Source: Zygophlyctis sp. KS116 (taxonomy: Eukaryota; Fungi; Chytridiomycota). Taken from it: a DNA stretch of 7,438 nt. This document shows positions 7,416 through 7,438 of this stretch, piece after piece (positions within the stretch are counted from its first letter, which is position 1; each line of letters begins with the position of its first letter). The stretch lies in contig BAAFSQ010000406.1 in the NCBI GenBank assembly GCA_054661495.1, positions 1 to 7,438 of the forward strand, written 5' to 3'. Both the position numbers and the translations under genes were made by a program. The notes below the pieces were generated by a model that saw nothing but the letters and a program-made list of their open reading frames with translations, was not told the DNA's origin and ran no database searches.

Positions 7416-7438
7416 TTTCTTTTGGAGATCCTTTCCAT

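Noticed and set aside
1812-7438. Minus-strand ORFs 1812-2003, 2215-2490, 2530-2751, 3132-3443, 3350-3541, 4038-4238, 5912-6130 and 7013-7438
   Set aside because: Antisense shadows of + strand genes or repeats. Their mutual similarity (CHDRTTQQH) simply mirrors the conserved CCWVVRSWQ codons.

Overview
AT-rich, gene-dense eukaryotic DNA, not prokaryotic. A fungal-type TAF5 and very short introns suggest an early-diverging (zoosporic/chytrid-like) fungus; this is inference only. The fragmented ORF track is explained by 23-33 nt GT-AG introns. Spliced by hand, the + strand carries four genes. (1) TAF5, TFIID subunit 5 (286-2272, 6 exons). (2) A secreted LRR protein (2456-4341, 9 exons, about 554 aa) with two tandem [Cys-rich cap + plant-type LRRs + cap] modules, then a KR dibasic site and a 130-aa six-Cys domain. 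(3) A single-pass membrane LRR receptor-like protein (5152-6794, 13 exons, about 433 aa). Ten consecutive exons are exactly 72 nt, one LRR length each, and are separated by near-identical 28-30 nt phase-2 introns. The residues flanking each intron are hypervariable. (4) The 5' part of a third family member (7155 onward) with a 12-nt tandem repeat. The main point of interest is the tandem cluster of plant-RLP-like LRR genes built from exchangeable one-repeat exon cassettes, a candidate diversifying recognition (immune or host-sensing) system.
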